The notes below the pieces were generated by a model. That model searched no databases. It was not told the DNA's origin and worked only from the letters and a program-made list of their open reading frames with translations. Below, piece after piece: positions 28,674 to 37,376 of a stretch of DNA of 64,000 bases. The DNA lies in the IMG/VR virus record IMGVR_UViG_3300024358_000470. The stretch is one strand, 5' to 3'. Source of the stretch: an uncultured virus (IMG/VR IMGVR_UViG_3300024358_000470). Taxonomy: Duplodnaviria > Heunggongvirae > Uroviricota > Caudoviricetes. The position numbers were made by a program, and so were the translations under genes. Numbering within the stretch: position 1 is the stretch's first letter; every line of letters starts with the position of its first letter.

Positions 28674-28746
28674 TCCCATCGACCGAGCAAGCGAACGGGC
28701 CTGACTGTTAATCAGAGATTGGTAGGGGCAGTACCTACGATGGGAG
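28674..28746 (+). tRNA. tRNA-Asn(GUU), atypical T-loop
   Basis: Acceptor TCCCATC/GATGGGA, loop CTGTTAA, T-loop GGCAGTA. Confidence 0.75.
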
Positions 28747-28749
28747 CTT

Positions 28750-28821
28750 GCCCGAATAGCTCAAAGGCAGAGCGTTTCGTTTACACCGAAAATGTTGGGG
28801 GTTCAAGTCCCTCTTCGGGCA
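28750..28821 (+). tRNA. tRNA-Val(UAC)
   Basis: Loop TTTACAC, GGTTCAAGTCC. Confidence 0.9.
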
Positions 28822-28875
28822 CTTTACTAAAACGAATACTTGTGTTATAAATAATAAAAGGTATTCGGTTCTATT

Positions 28876-29412
28876 ATGACTACTTGTTTAAACTGCGGGT
28901 GTGAGAACGATAAACCTAAGTTCTGCTCCCGTTCGTGTTCTGTAACCTATAATAATAAGAAGTCTCCTAAGAGGAAAAGAACTGGTTGGGACACCGCCAT
29001 CTGTAATTACTGCAGTGTAGAGTTTGACTATAAGAAAAAGAGTTCTACTGGCAAGTTCTGTTCTAACAAGTGTAGTGCTGCAGCCAAGAGACAATGGACA
29101 ATAGATAAGTGGAAAGTAGGAGAACTGAACCATACAGGGCAGGGTTATGTTCCCAGCGGTGTTCGTGCTTACTTATTAGAAGCGAGTGGGGGTAAGTGTT
29201 CCCTTTGTGGTTGGTCTGGAACAAACATTCATACCGGACGAACCTGCCTTGAGGTGGACCACATAGACGACGACCCTTTCAACCACGCCCCTGAAAATCT
29301 ACAAGTGGTCTGTCCCAACTGCCACGCACAAAAAACTTTACCACCCCAAAAGAGTAACGGTGGACGTTACAGTAAGGACAAGCAACATCCTAAGTTTTGT
29401 ATGAATAAGTAA
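28876..29412 (+). CDS. HNH homing endonuclease with N-terminal Zn-finger repeats
   Basis: CxxC/FCSxxC repeats; CSLCG..LEVDHID..N..ENLQVVCPNCH; TATAAATA at 28846. Confidence 0.9.
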   Translation: MTTCLNCGCENDKPKFCSRSCSVTYNNKKSPKRKRTGWDTAICNYCSVEFDYKKKSSTGKFCSNKCSAAAKRQWTIDKWKVGELNHTGQGYVPSGVRAYLLEASGGKCSLCGWSGTNIHTGRTCLEVDHIDDDPFNHAPENLQVVCPNCHAQKTLPPQKSNGGRYSKDKQHPKFCMNK

Positions 29413-29463
29413 AAAAATGAATCCCTCTGCTCCCATTTGCATAAATATTTCAAAAAGAGTATA

Positions 29464-29898
29464 ATGGAAAAACTTTATAAACTCTTGAGTGATGCACAGT
29501 CATCGCTTTTTGTTTTATTCCATAAAACTTGGGCATTTCACTGGAATGTTGTAGGTGAAGATTTCACTCAACTACATCAACTCTTTGGTGGTCAGTATGA
29601 GACTATGTTTGAAGAGATTGATCGTCTCTCAGAACATATGCGTTATCTGAATGTAAAACCTCTCAGTTCTCTCTCAAGAATGCTTGAGGTAACTCAAATC
29701 AAAGAGGCAGCAAGTTCAACCGGAGCAAAAGAAATGCTTCAAGAACTTCTTGATAACAATACCAAGTTTTGTGAATTGATGGGAGAAATTTCGGAAGAGT
29801 CTGAAAATCAAAAGTCATATGCTACAGCAAATTTAGTTCAAGATTTGATGGAATCTCATGGTAAGTTTGTTTGGCAGTTGAGAGCACACCTGCAATGA
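29464..29898 (+). CDS. dps: Dps-family ferritin-like protein
   Basis: FHWNVVG..F.QLH.LF..QY....EEID..SE. Confidence 0.9.
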   Translation: MEKLYKLLSDAQSSLFVLFHKTWAFHWNVVGEDFTQLHQLFGGQYETMFEEIDRLSEHMRYLNVKPLSSLSRMLEVTQIKEAASSTGAKEMLQELLDNNTKFCELMGEISEESENQKSYATANLVQDLMESHGKFVWQLRAHLQ

Positions 29899-29913
29899 TT
29901 AGGATGAAGAATA

Positions 29914-30165
29914 ATGATTTCAATAAGATGCAAAGATTGTAATAGAGAAATAACAGGACATCATTCAAAAACAGTGACCTGTGGTTGTCCTAATATGGCA
30001 ACAATTCGTGGAGATAAGATTTCAGCACTTGACTTATCTCGTATTGTTATGTTAAACTCTATTCAGAAAGAACAAAAATCAAATGTTCTGACTTCACAAG
30101 ATATTGCCTGGCAAGAGGCAAGACGCCAACGCAAAGTAAAGCGTTTGGATTTTGAGGTTCGTTGA
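29914..30165 (+). CDS. Small Cys-containing hypothetical protein
   Basis: CKDC...CGCPN. Confidence 0.7.
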   Translation: MISIRCKDCNREITGHHSKTVTCGCPNMATIRGDKISALDLSRIVMLNSIQKEQKSNVLTSQDIAWQEARRQRKVKRLDFEVR

Positions 30166-30175
30166 ACCTCCCACT

Positions 30176-30260
30176 GGAAAGGTGGTCGAGTGGTTGAAGG
30201 CTCTAGTCTTGAAAACTAGCGATGTGAAAGCATCCGTGGGTTCGAATCCCACCCTTTCCG
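30176..30260 (+). tRNA. tRNA-Ser(UGA)
   Basis: Loop CTTGAAA, long variable arm, G73. Confidence 0.93.
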
Positions 30261-30375
30261 TTTTAAGTTAAGTTACAAATTTAATATTTTCTTCAACAGT
30301 GTTACGATATGAACACAAAAAATTGACTTTGAAATGTCTGTGATTAGTATATAATAGTATCACAGGGACAAACCT

Positions 30376-30525
30376 ATGGATCAGCACACCTATGATAATT
30401 GGGTGAAGATCAAGGCAACTTTTGAAGCCTCTGGCAACACTAATAATATGTTTTATTATCGAGCATGTGAGATTTTAAAAACCCGAAAAGATCCTCTCGC
30501 AAAGTTTCTTGGAGACGAGAAATGA
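30376..30525 (+). CDS. Small hypothetical protein
   Basis: 49-aa MDQHTYDNWVKIKATFEASG... read manually. Confidence 0.6.
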   Translation: MDQHTYDNWVKIKATFEASGNTNNMFYYRACEILKTRKDPLAKFLGDEK

Positions 30526-30725
30526 TGCACGAACAAGACGAATTTATTACACGTTCTGAAGTTCAGGAGATGATCGATGCAGCAATACGACGACACAACC
30601 GTAATGCTTCTATCATTAGTATGTGCGTCGGTTGGGTGGTTCTTGCTTTATTTGCTGAAGGACTTTTGAGACTTGTAGGGGTAATTCCTCCGTTGCTTCC
30701 ATGGCTCAAAATCACTCTGAACTGA
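30522..30725 (+). CDS. Small membrane protein
   Basis: EMIDAAIRRHNRNA followed by hydrophobic helix. Confidence 0.65.
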   Translation: MMHEQDEFITRSEVQEMIDAAIRRHNRNASIISMCVGWVVLALFAEGLLRLVGVIPPLLPWLKITLN

Positions 30726-30991
30726 TTTTCTTGGTTCCTTGGTTTGTTCTTGTGGTGATTGCACTTACAATGTTCGTGCAGGGTTGGATGATTATGAATG
30801 CTCATCATGGGTATTCTAAAAGTCCAAAAGTAAAACATCCAGAATTAAACGACGTTAAAGCAGGAGATCCTTTACTAGTGGTTAAATTCACCGAAGAAGA
30901 CTTGCAAGAACTGCAACAAAGAATTATACAACAAAAAATGGATGAACTCTTTGAAGAACCATCTACCTATGAGGACGAAGAAGATGATTAG
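30701..30991 (+). CDS. Membrane-anchored cyanobacterial-type protein (DUF2973-like)
   Basis: Transmembrane segment then KHPEL...GDPLLVVKF. Confidence 0.6.
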   Translation: MAQNHSELIFLVPWFVLVVIALTMFVQGWMIMNAHHGYSKSPKVKHPELNDVKAGDPLLVVKFTEEDLQELQQRIIQQKMDELFEEPSTYEDEEDD

Positions 30992-31075
30992 GTTAATATT
31001 CACTTCAATGACTTTGTTTGGTTCAATTGGACTTTTTATATATTGGGGACTTACGCACGCATATCCAGAGGTTTT

Positions 31076-32110
31076 ATGAAAGTAGGATTAATCGGTTTAG
31101 GAAGAATGGGCGAAGGTATGTCTCGCCGCATGATGAAATCGGGTATAGAGGTTTGGGGATATAGAAGAAATTATGAGAAAGCAAACGAAGCTTTTGAAAA
31201 GGGATTTGTTAATGGAATTACGACTGATATTGAAAGCCTTGTTAAAGTAGTTAAACAAAATAAAAACGGTAGACAACAACCAGGTATTTTTCAAATGGTT
31301 GTTCCATCCGAAACAGTAGAGGAAACGATCAATGAGTTACTACGATATTGTGGTGAAGGAGATATTATTATTGATCATGGCAATAGCAATTTTAAAGACA
31401 GTCGGAAAAGAGCAGAGCGTCTGGCAAAACTTGGTATCCAATATATTGATTGTGGTACTAGCGGCGGTGTTTATGGTTTGGATCGTGGATACTGTCTTAT
31501 GGTTGGTGGCGGAAATACTGCGGTCGCCACTTGTGCGAGGATTTTTGATGCCCTTGCCCCAGGAATCAACGCTGCCCCCAGGACTCAGTATGACTCGGAT
31601 GTAACTTCTGCTGAGTTTGGTTGGTTACATTGTGGTGGTCCTGGTGCTGGACATTTTGTGAAGATGGTTCACAATGGAATTGAATATGGAATGATGCAGG
31701 CATATGCTGAAGGATTTAATATCTTAAAGAACGCAAATAACGGAGCACAGTATGTCAAAGAAGGAGATGCTGAAGTTGCTCCTATGGCAGACCCAGAAAG
31801 TTATTGTTACGACATTGATGTTGCTGAGGTGGCTGAGTTATGGCGTCGCGGTAGCGTGGTTGGTAGTTGGTTACTCGATCTTACTGCTGATGTGCTACGC
31901 AGGGATGGTAGCCTTAAACGCTTCTCTGGAGGAGTATCCGATAGCGGTGAGGGTCGTTGGACTGTTTCTGCCGCTGTGGACTTGGGGGTTCCCGCTCCTG
32001 TTATTACTACGGCACTATTTGAAAGATTTAACTCACGCAATCTCGGATCATTTGGAGCAAAAATCCTGAACGGAATGCGTTATATGTTTGGTGGTCATCA
32101 TGTTAGGTAA
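31076..32110 (+). CDS. gnd: 6-phosphogluconate dehydrogenase (decarboxylating)
   Basis: GLGRMG, IDHGNS, GTSGG, GHFVKMVHNGIEY, DSGEGRW, FGGH. Confidence 0.95.
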   Translation: MKVGLIGLGRMGEGMSRRMMKSGIEVWGYRRNYEKANEAFEKGFVNGITTDIESLVKVVKQNKNGRQQPGIFQMVVPSETVEETINELLRYCGEGDIIIDHGNSNFKDSRKRAERLAKLGIQYIDCGTSGGVYGLDRGYCLMVGGGNTAVATCARIFDALAPGINAAPRTQYDSDVTSAEFGWLHCGGPGAGHFVKMVHNGIEYGMMQAYAEGFNILKNANNGAQYVKEGDAEVAPMADPESYCYDIDVAEVAELWRRGSVVGSWLLDLTADVLRRDGSLKRFSGGVSDSGEGRWTVSAAVDLGVPAPVITTALFERFNSRNLGSFGAKILNGMRYMFGGHHVR

Positions 32111-32178
32111 AGCACTTATTTTTGTTGCTATTCCATTTGTATTATCTACACTCTATTTCGGAACAAGAGGCGGATACT

Positions 32179-32406
32179 ATGACTCCAAAGACTATAAGGG
32201 AAATGGAACCGCACATTAGGCAGAGATATTGGTTTGCAATGTCTGCCTTTTCAAGAATGTATGGAGTAAAAACTGCTTCTAATGATATACATATTAAACA
32301 GTTCTGTATTGAATGGTCATATTGGGATTGTCAAGCTCCTTTACAGGGGCTTGACGAAGCAGACCAATACATGTATTATGAATACAAGAACTGGAGAGGA
32401 AGATGA
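32179..32406 (+). CDS. Hypothetical protein
   Basis: MTPKTIREMEPH... with GAGG RBS. Confidence 0.6.
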   Translation: MTPKTIREMEPHIRQRYWFAMSAFSRMYGVKTASNDIHIKQFCIEWSYWDCQAPLQGLDEADQYMYYEYKNWRGR

Positions 32407-32519
32407 TTTTCCACTTGGTTGAAACCCTAGCAGCAAGTCCTTTCTTTCTTTTTCTTTGTGGATGTGGGTTGACAATCGTACCATTCGCTGGTATTATGTT
32501 TATACATAAAAACAAATAA

Positions 32520-32595
32520 CCGGATATCGCCTAACTTGGTCATGGCACCTGCTTTGGGAGCAGGAATAATTTCAGTTCAAATCTGAATATCCGGA
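32520..32595 (+). tRNA. tRNA-Pro(UGG)
   Basis: Loop TTTGGGA, acceptor CCGGATA/TATCCGG. Confidence 0.88.
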
Positions 32596-32613
32596 CTCAT
32601 AAAACTTCACTTT

Positions 32614-32844
32614 ATGAAAATGTATCCAGAACTTTCAGATCTCCAAAAGTTTACAGTTCAAGAGTTTCAAGAAGATTTTGACAACCTAATAGAAAGAGTA
32701 GAAAATGGTGAATCATTTGTCATTACTGACGGAGAAAGAAACGCAGTGATAGTTCCATACAACGAAACCATAAAGTTTGCAGTAGAATCTAAAGTGGACG
32801 ACGATGTGATACGAATACATACCGACCACGAAGAAGGTTGTTGA
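32614..32844 (+). CDS. Phd/YefM-like small protein
   Basis: FTVQEFQEDFDNLIERVENGESFVIT resembles the Phd N-terminal domain. Confidence 0.5.
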   Translation: MKMYPELSDLQKFTVQEFQEDFDNLIERVENGESFVITDGERNAVIVPYNETIKFAVESKVDDDVIRIHTDHEEGC

Positions 32845-32883
32845 CACAGAGTTTCAGGTCCTCTATAATAGACCTGAATTTAA

Positions 32884-32971
32884 GCGAGTGAGACTTGGTA
32901 GTCAGAGGAGTCTTATAAACTCTTTCCGCCAGATTAGCGGCTTTGAGGTGGTTCGAATCCACCCACTCGTA
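32884..32971 (+). tRNA. Atypical tRNA with UAU anticodon (nominal Ile) and long variable arm
   Basis: Acceptor GCGAGTG/CACTCGT, loop CTTATAA, CCGC/GCGG variable stem, TTCGAAT T-loop. Confidence 0.7.
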
Positions 32972-32975
32972 CCTT

Positions 32976-33048
32976 GCTCCTTTAGCAATCTGGTGAATGC
33001 AGCGAACTCATAATTCGCCTGAGGCGTGTTCGATCCACGCAAGGAGCA
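32976..33048 (+). tRNA. tRNA with CAU anticodon (Met or Ile2)
   Basis: Loop CTCATAA; acceptor GCTCCTT/AAGGAGC. Confidence 0.88.
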
Positions 33049-33101
33049 CTTGACAGATTACCTGTCAAACCCTTATAATACTAAGGTCAACATTCAAAAC
33101 A

Positions 33102-33317
33102 ATGACTCTCACAGCAAAATTCAAGAAAGACGTTCAAACCCTTCGTGGTGCAGCAAACGGTGACTTCTACCTTGATGTAAAGAATCCTAAACTCTATAAA
33201 AAGGTTCGTCGTTTTTATGAGAATGAGGGTGTAGTATTCTCTGGTGATCCACTGGATGATTATGAGATGCTTATGGAATATGTTCTTGCTGATCTTGAAT
33301 CCGTTGAAGTTGCATGA
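33102..33317 (+). CDS. Hypothetical cyanophage protein
   Basis: LDVKNPKLYKKV...FSGDPLDDY; upstream TTGACA/TATAAT. Confidence 0.75.
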   Translation: MTLTAKFKKDVQTLRGAANGDFYLDVKNPKLYKKVRRFYENEGVVFSGDPLDDYEMLMEYVLADLESVEVA

Positions 33318-33562
33318 CAACACGACTTCCTAAGGTTCTTTTGGAACGAGAAGGATATCGCTTCGTAGAAGTTGGTATTCTTGAGATTAACGGTAAACCC
33401 GATTACCGTCTCCAAAAACAAAATGAGTACACCAAACGCTGGAATGACATTTATCTTTTTGATAATGTTCTACAATGCTCTACTGCAATGGAGGATATTG
33501 AATATGCTAAATGGTTGGACCCAGACCGTGTTCCTTGTTATGTGAAAGACGATGAAGATTAA
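33314..33562 (+). CDS. Hypothetical cyanophage protein
   Basis: NGKPDYRLQ...AMEDIEYAKWLD. Confidence 0.75.
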   Translation: MTTRLPKVLLEREGYRFVEVGILEINGKPDYRLQKQNEYTKRWNDIYLFDNVLQCSTAMEDIEYAKWLDPDRVPCYVKDDED

Positions 33563-33567
33563 TTAAA

Positions 33568-34224
33568 ATGTTAAATCATATTGAACGAATAAAAATTTGT
33601 TCCGAAGTAGCTATTAAACTTTATTACGATTTTAATTTCGAATATAGTCTAAAAGCAAAAGCGGATGAGACAGTAGACTATTCTAAAAATCAAAAAGAAC
33701 AAGTACCCTTAGAAAAAGGAGAAGCAACATCTACTGTTATACATAATATCAATGGGCAACCTCATACTTGGACAGAGAATAGGAAATACATTCAATTTTT
33801 GAATGCAAATATGCCTTACATTCTCAAAGAATTTGGTCTCTCCAATCAACCAATTGAAGTAGCAAATTCTTGGATTAATCGTCATTCTAAAGGGGGAAGA
33901 ACTGTAGAACACAAGCATCAATTTGTTGATATTGTTGTTAGTTCTTACCTTCATTGTCCACCAAATAGTGGAAATCTCTTGATAAGAGATCCATTAGAAT
34001 ATCATAGGGCAAATGATGTCGTAGAATCTGCTTTCTCTAAACAAGTAAAATATCAGTATCCTTGGATTGAAGTTCCTGTTAAAACAAATGAACTTGTAAT
34101 CTTTCCTGGATGGGTAAATCACAAAACAGAAGAAAGCAATTCTGATTTTGATAGATATGTTATGACTTTTAATCTCAAGTATATGCATGGTCCAATGATG
34201 GGTGAAAGTCCCGGGATGACTTAA
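33568..34224 (+). CDS. Putative 2OG-Fe(II) oxygenase-like protein
   Basis: SWIN...HKH...G.L...DP...LVIFPGWVNH...R...FN. Confidence 0.75.
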   Translation: MLNHIERIKICSEVAIKLYYDFNFEYSLKAKADETVDYSKNQKEQVPLEKGEATSTVIHNINGQPHTWTENRKYIQFLNANMPYILKEFGLSNQPIEVANSWINRHSKGGRTVEHKHQFVDIVVSSYLHCPPNSGNLLIRDPLEYHRANDVVESAFSKQVKYQYPWIEVPVKTNELVIFPGWVNHKTEESNSDFDRYVMTFNLKYMHGPMMGESPGMT

Positions 34225-34250
34225 AAAGCGCACTGGTCGGGAGCAACCCC
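34206..34250 (+). repeat. Structured repeat unit 1 (manA-RNA-like)
   Basis: AGTC..GG...GACTTAAAA...ACTGGT.G; second copy at 34472. Confidence 0.55.
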
Positions 34251-34252
34251 TT

Positions 34253-34489
34253 ATGGCAAAATCTGATCTACTTCGTTGGATTGGAAACATTCTCCTCATA
34301 ATTGGTTATCAAACTATGCTATGGGGAGAATTTAAATATGGTTTAATGATAAAGGTTGTTGGAGGATTACTCACAGTACCCTTTGCTATTAAACTTAAAC
34401 TTTGGGATGTACTATTCTTATGTGCATTCTTTGGTATTACCGAGATATCAAAGTTAACCCAACTTTTCTTTAGTCCTGGAACGACTTAA
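34253..34489 (+). CDS. Small multi-TM membrane protein
   Basis: Three hydrophobic segments. Confidence 0.65.
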   Translation: MAKSDLLRWIGNILLIIGYQTMLWGEFKYGLMIKVVGGLLTVPFAIKLKLWDVLFLCAFFGITEISKLTQLFFSPGTT

Positions 34490-34620
34490 AACTTATACTG
34501 GTGGAGTCAAAATGACCCTATTATGAGTTTATTGCCTCTCTCAAGGGCAATTGGTGCGGATGGGACTCTCTCCCGCCTGGTTTCTTGCCTCCAGTCAAAG
34601 GGCAAGTGGCGAGCCTGAGT
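34472..34620 (+). ncRNA. Structured RNA resembling cyanophage manA/wcaG motifs
   Basis: Repeat unit 2 plus stems ATTGCC/GGCAAT, GGGA/TCCC, CTTGCC/GGCAAG; upstream of an epimerase gene. Confidence 0.55.
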
Positions 34621-34625
34621 TACAT

Positions 34626-34655
34626 AAGAGGAGTTGCATAAACTCCTCTTTTTTT
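34626..34655 (+). terminator. Intrinsic terminator
   Basis: AAGAGGAGTT-GCATA-AACTCCTCTT-T5. Confidence 0.85.
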
Positions 34656-34688
34656 GTATACTATATACTAAGAGAAATTTATTGGTCT

Positions 34689-35801
34689 ATGAGTGAGTAC
34701 AAGAAAACGGCACTTGTGTTAGGTGCTGGTGGCTTTATTGGAAGTCATATGGTAAGAAGATTAAAGTCTGAAGGTTATTGGGTGCGTGGTGTAGACCTCA
34801 AGTATCCAGAATTTTCAATTTCTGAAGCAGATGAATTCATTCAGGGAGACCTGAGGGATATGAACTTTGTTCGCCGTGTTCTTGAATTTAAAGGAGAGCA
34901 AGGAAACTTTTATAACTCAGTTCCTTATCGATATATTCTACCCTTCCATGAAATCTATCAGTTCGCTGCTGATATGGGCGGTGCAGGATTTGTTTTCACT
35001 GGAGAAAATGATGCTGATATTATGCACAACTCTGCAACCATCAACTTAAATGTTCTTGAAGCACAGCGTCAATTGAATGAAACTTTTGATGGTGTTGATA
35101 ATGGCACCGCTTGTGTTCGCCCAGTATTAGATTATAAAACTAAAATTTTCTATTCTGGATCTGCTTGTATGTATCCAGAACATAATCAATTAGATCCAGA
35201 CAATCCCGATTGTCGTGAAGAGTCCGCTTATCCTGCTAACCCAGATTCCGAGTATGGTTGGGAAAAACTCTTCTCAGAGAGACTCTTCTTCGCTTATCAC
35301 CGCAACTATGGTATTCCTGTGCGGGTTGCTAGGTATCATAATATCTTTGGACCTGAAGGAACCTGGACTGGTGGTAGAGAAAAAGCACCCGCAGCAATCT
35401 GTCGTAAAGTTGCCTACCTTTCAGAGGAAGGTGGAACCATCGAGGTGTGGGGAGACGGGCTACAAACTCGTTCCTTCCTGTATATTGATGAATGCATCGA
35501 AGCAACCCGCAGAATGATGAATAGTGATTTCATCGGACCTGTTAATATTGGTTCCGAAGAAATGGTAACCATTAATCAACTCGTAGATACTGCTGCTAAA
35601 GTTGCAGGTAAAGTCGTAGAGAAGAATCATATTGATGGTCCTCTTGGAGTTCGTGGACGCAATTCAAATAATGATTTGATTCGCGAAAAACTTGGTTGGG
35701 ATTATTCACAGACTCTGGAAGAAGGTATCCGCAAGACTTATGAGTGGATTAATACGCAAATGAAAAAGGTGGAAGAGGTGAAAGGTGACAGTAAAGAATG
35801 A
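34689..35801 (+). CDS. NAD-dependent epimerase, GDP-mannose 3,5-epimerase-like
   Basis: GAGGFIG, FAADMGG, SACMY, YGWEK, GGREKAPAA. Confidence 0.9.
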   Translation: MSEYKKTALVLGAGGFIGSHMVRRLKSEGYWVRGVDLKYPEFSISEADEFIQGDLRDMNFVRRVLEFKGEQGNFYNSVPYRYILPFHEIYQFAADMGGAGFVFTGENDADIMHNSATINLNVLEAQRQLNETFDGVDNGTACVRPVLDYKTKIFYSGSACMYPEHNQLDPDNPDCREESAYPANPDSEYGWEKLFSERLFFAYHRNYGIPVRVARYHNIFGPEGTWTGGREKAPAAICRKVAYLSEEGGTIEVWGDGLQTRSFLYIDECIEATRRMMNSDFIGPVNIGSEEMVTINQLVDTAAKVAGKVVEKNHIDGPLGVRGRNSNNDLIREKLGWDYSQTLEEGIRKTYEWINTQMKKVEEVKGDSKE

Positions 35802-36528
35802 TTTGGATATCGACTTTGATTATATTAATCAAAAACTTAAATCTGGACTAAAACTTAGAATTGATGTGGGTCTTTCCTGTGATATGGGAAGATCTAAACG
35901 ATGGATTAATTTTATTGATGATGTTTTTGTTATTGGTATTGAACCCCACCCAGAAAATTGTTCTTCCCTAAAGGAACTTTTAGTTAGAACAAGAGGTGGA
36001 GATAGATTCTATCTTATCGAAGCTGCAATTGATAATGTTGAAGAACCAACTACAAAAGAATTTTATGGATTTGGTTGGGATGTTTGGCCAAATAATCCAG
36101 GATGTTCTTCACTACTCAAACCAAAGGGTAGGTTTGAGAATTCTACAGAAAATGTGTATAATGTGGATGTCATTTCTTTAAAGTCTATATTGGATAATAT
36201 TGATTATGATGTAGTAGAAGTCTTAAAAACTGACACGCAGGGTAACGATCTTAATGTTATTAAGAGTCTTGGTGACCACATTAAAAATGTCGTCTTCATT
36301 GATTCTGAATATGATGAATCTGATGACTATGAAAATGCAAATACTGGTGGTGAGTTAGATGAATATTTGGTAGAAAATAATTTTAAAAAATATCAGATGA
36401 TTCTTCAACCGACAAGAGATATGATGGTTGAAGATACGCGATATATGAACACTCTAATAGAAGACATAGATAAGTATTCGGATGATTATACATTTGAATC
36501 TCATGAAGTTATGGTTGATGTAGAATGA
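35785..36528 (+). CDS. FkbM-like methyltransferase
   Basis: IDVG, IGIEP, LKTDTQG.D. Confidence 0.65.
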   Translation: MTVKNDLDIDFDYINQKLKSGLKLRIDVGLSCDMGRSKRWINFIDDVFVIGIEPHPENCSSLKELLVRTRGGDRFYLIEAAIDNVEEPTTKEFYGFGWDVWPNNPGCSSLLKPKGRFENSTENVYNVDVISLKSILDNIDYDVVEVLKTDTQGNDLNVIKSLGDHIKNVVFIDSEYDESDDYENANTGGELDEYLVENNFKKYQMILQPTRDMMVEDTRYMNTLIEDIDKYSDDYTFESHEVMVDVE

Positions 36529-37376
36529 AAATTACTATTCTTGGTTCCAGTGGGCAAATTGGTGCCTACCTTTCGGAGTATCTTCGAGAAAAAGGTCATA
36601 CTGTTATTGACTTTGATAAGGTGGAAACACCCAATCATGATATGACTGTGATACCGAATCAATATCTTGAGAATGCAATTGAGACTGCAGACTTTGTATT
36701 CTTTCTTGCATTTGATGTTGGTGGGTCTCGTTACCTGAAGAAGTATCAACATACTTTCCAGTTCATTGATAATAACGCTCGCTTGATGGCAAATGCATTT
36801 GGACTTCTTAAAAAGTATAATAAGAGATTTGTATTTGCATCATCTCAAATGAGCAACATGAGTTACTCTCCATATGGGGTACTCAAAAATGTTGGAGAAC
36901 TTTATACCAAATCTCTTAATGGACTTATTGTTAAGTTCTGGAATGTATATGGTATCGAAAAGGACCATGACAAAGCACATGTTATCACAGACTTCATCCG
37001 TAAAGGATTTGAGACTGGTGCAATTGATATGCTTACTGATGGTCAGGAAGAACGGGAGTTTCTATATGCTGAAGACTGCTGCGAAGCACTTGAGGCAATT
37101 ATGGAAAACTATAATGAATTTACCTCAGAAGATAATCTTCATATTACAAGCTTTAAGTCAACAAAAATCATTGACATTGCAAGTATTATTTGTGGACAAT
37201 TTAATTTGATCGGAAAGTATGATGTAAAAGTTCAACCATCTGATCAAAAAGATAGTGTACAGATGGATAAAAGAAATAGACCAGATACCTATTTGATGAA
37301 ATGGTGGACCCCTAAAACCACAATTGATCAAGGTATTGCTAAAGTATTTGAAGCAATGAAAGGAGATTATCTATGA
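36525..37376 (+). CDS. NAD-dependent epimerase/dehydratase
   Basis: GSSGQIG, YGVLK, NVYG, REFLYAED. Confidence 0.88.
   Translation: MKITILGSSGQIGAYLSEYLREKGHTVIDFDKVETPNHDMTVIPNQYLENAIETADFVFFLAFDVGGSRYLKKYQHTFQFIDNNARLMANAFGLLKKYNKRFVFASSQMSNMSYSPYGVLKNVGELYTKSLNGLIVKFWNVYGIEKDHDKAHVITDFIRKGFETGAIDMLTDGQEEREFLYAEDCCEALEAIMENYNEFTSEDNLHITSFKSTKIIDIASIICGQFNLIGKYDVKVQPSDQKDSVQMDKRNRPDTYLMKWWTPKTTIDQGIAKVFEAMKGDYL

Noticed and set aside
27788..28850. ORFs 27788-27979, 27878-28162, 28413-28598 and 28530-28850
   Set aside because: They overlap well-formed tRNA genes
34551..34688. N-terminal extension of the epimerase from TTG 34551
   Set aside because: It runs through a structured RNA and terminator; ATG 34689 fits the Rossmann-fold start
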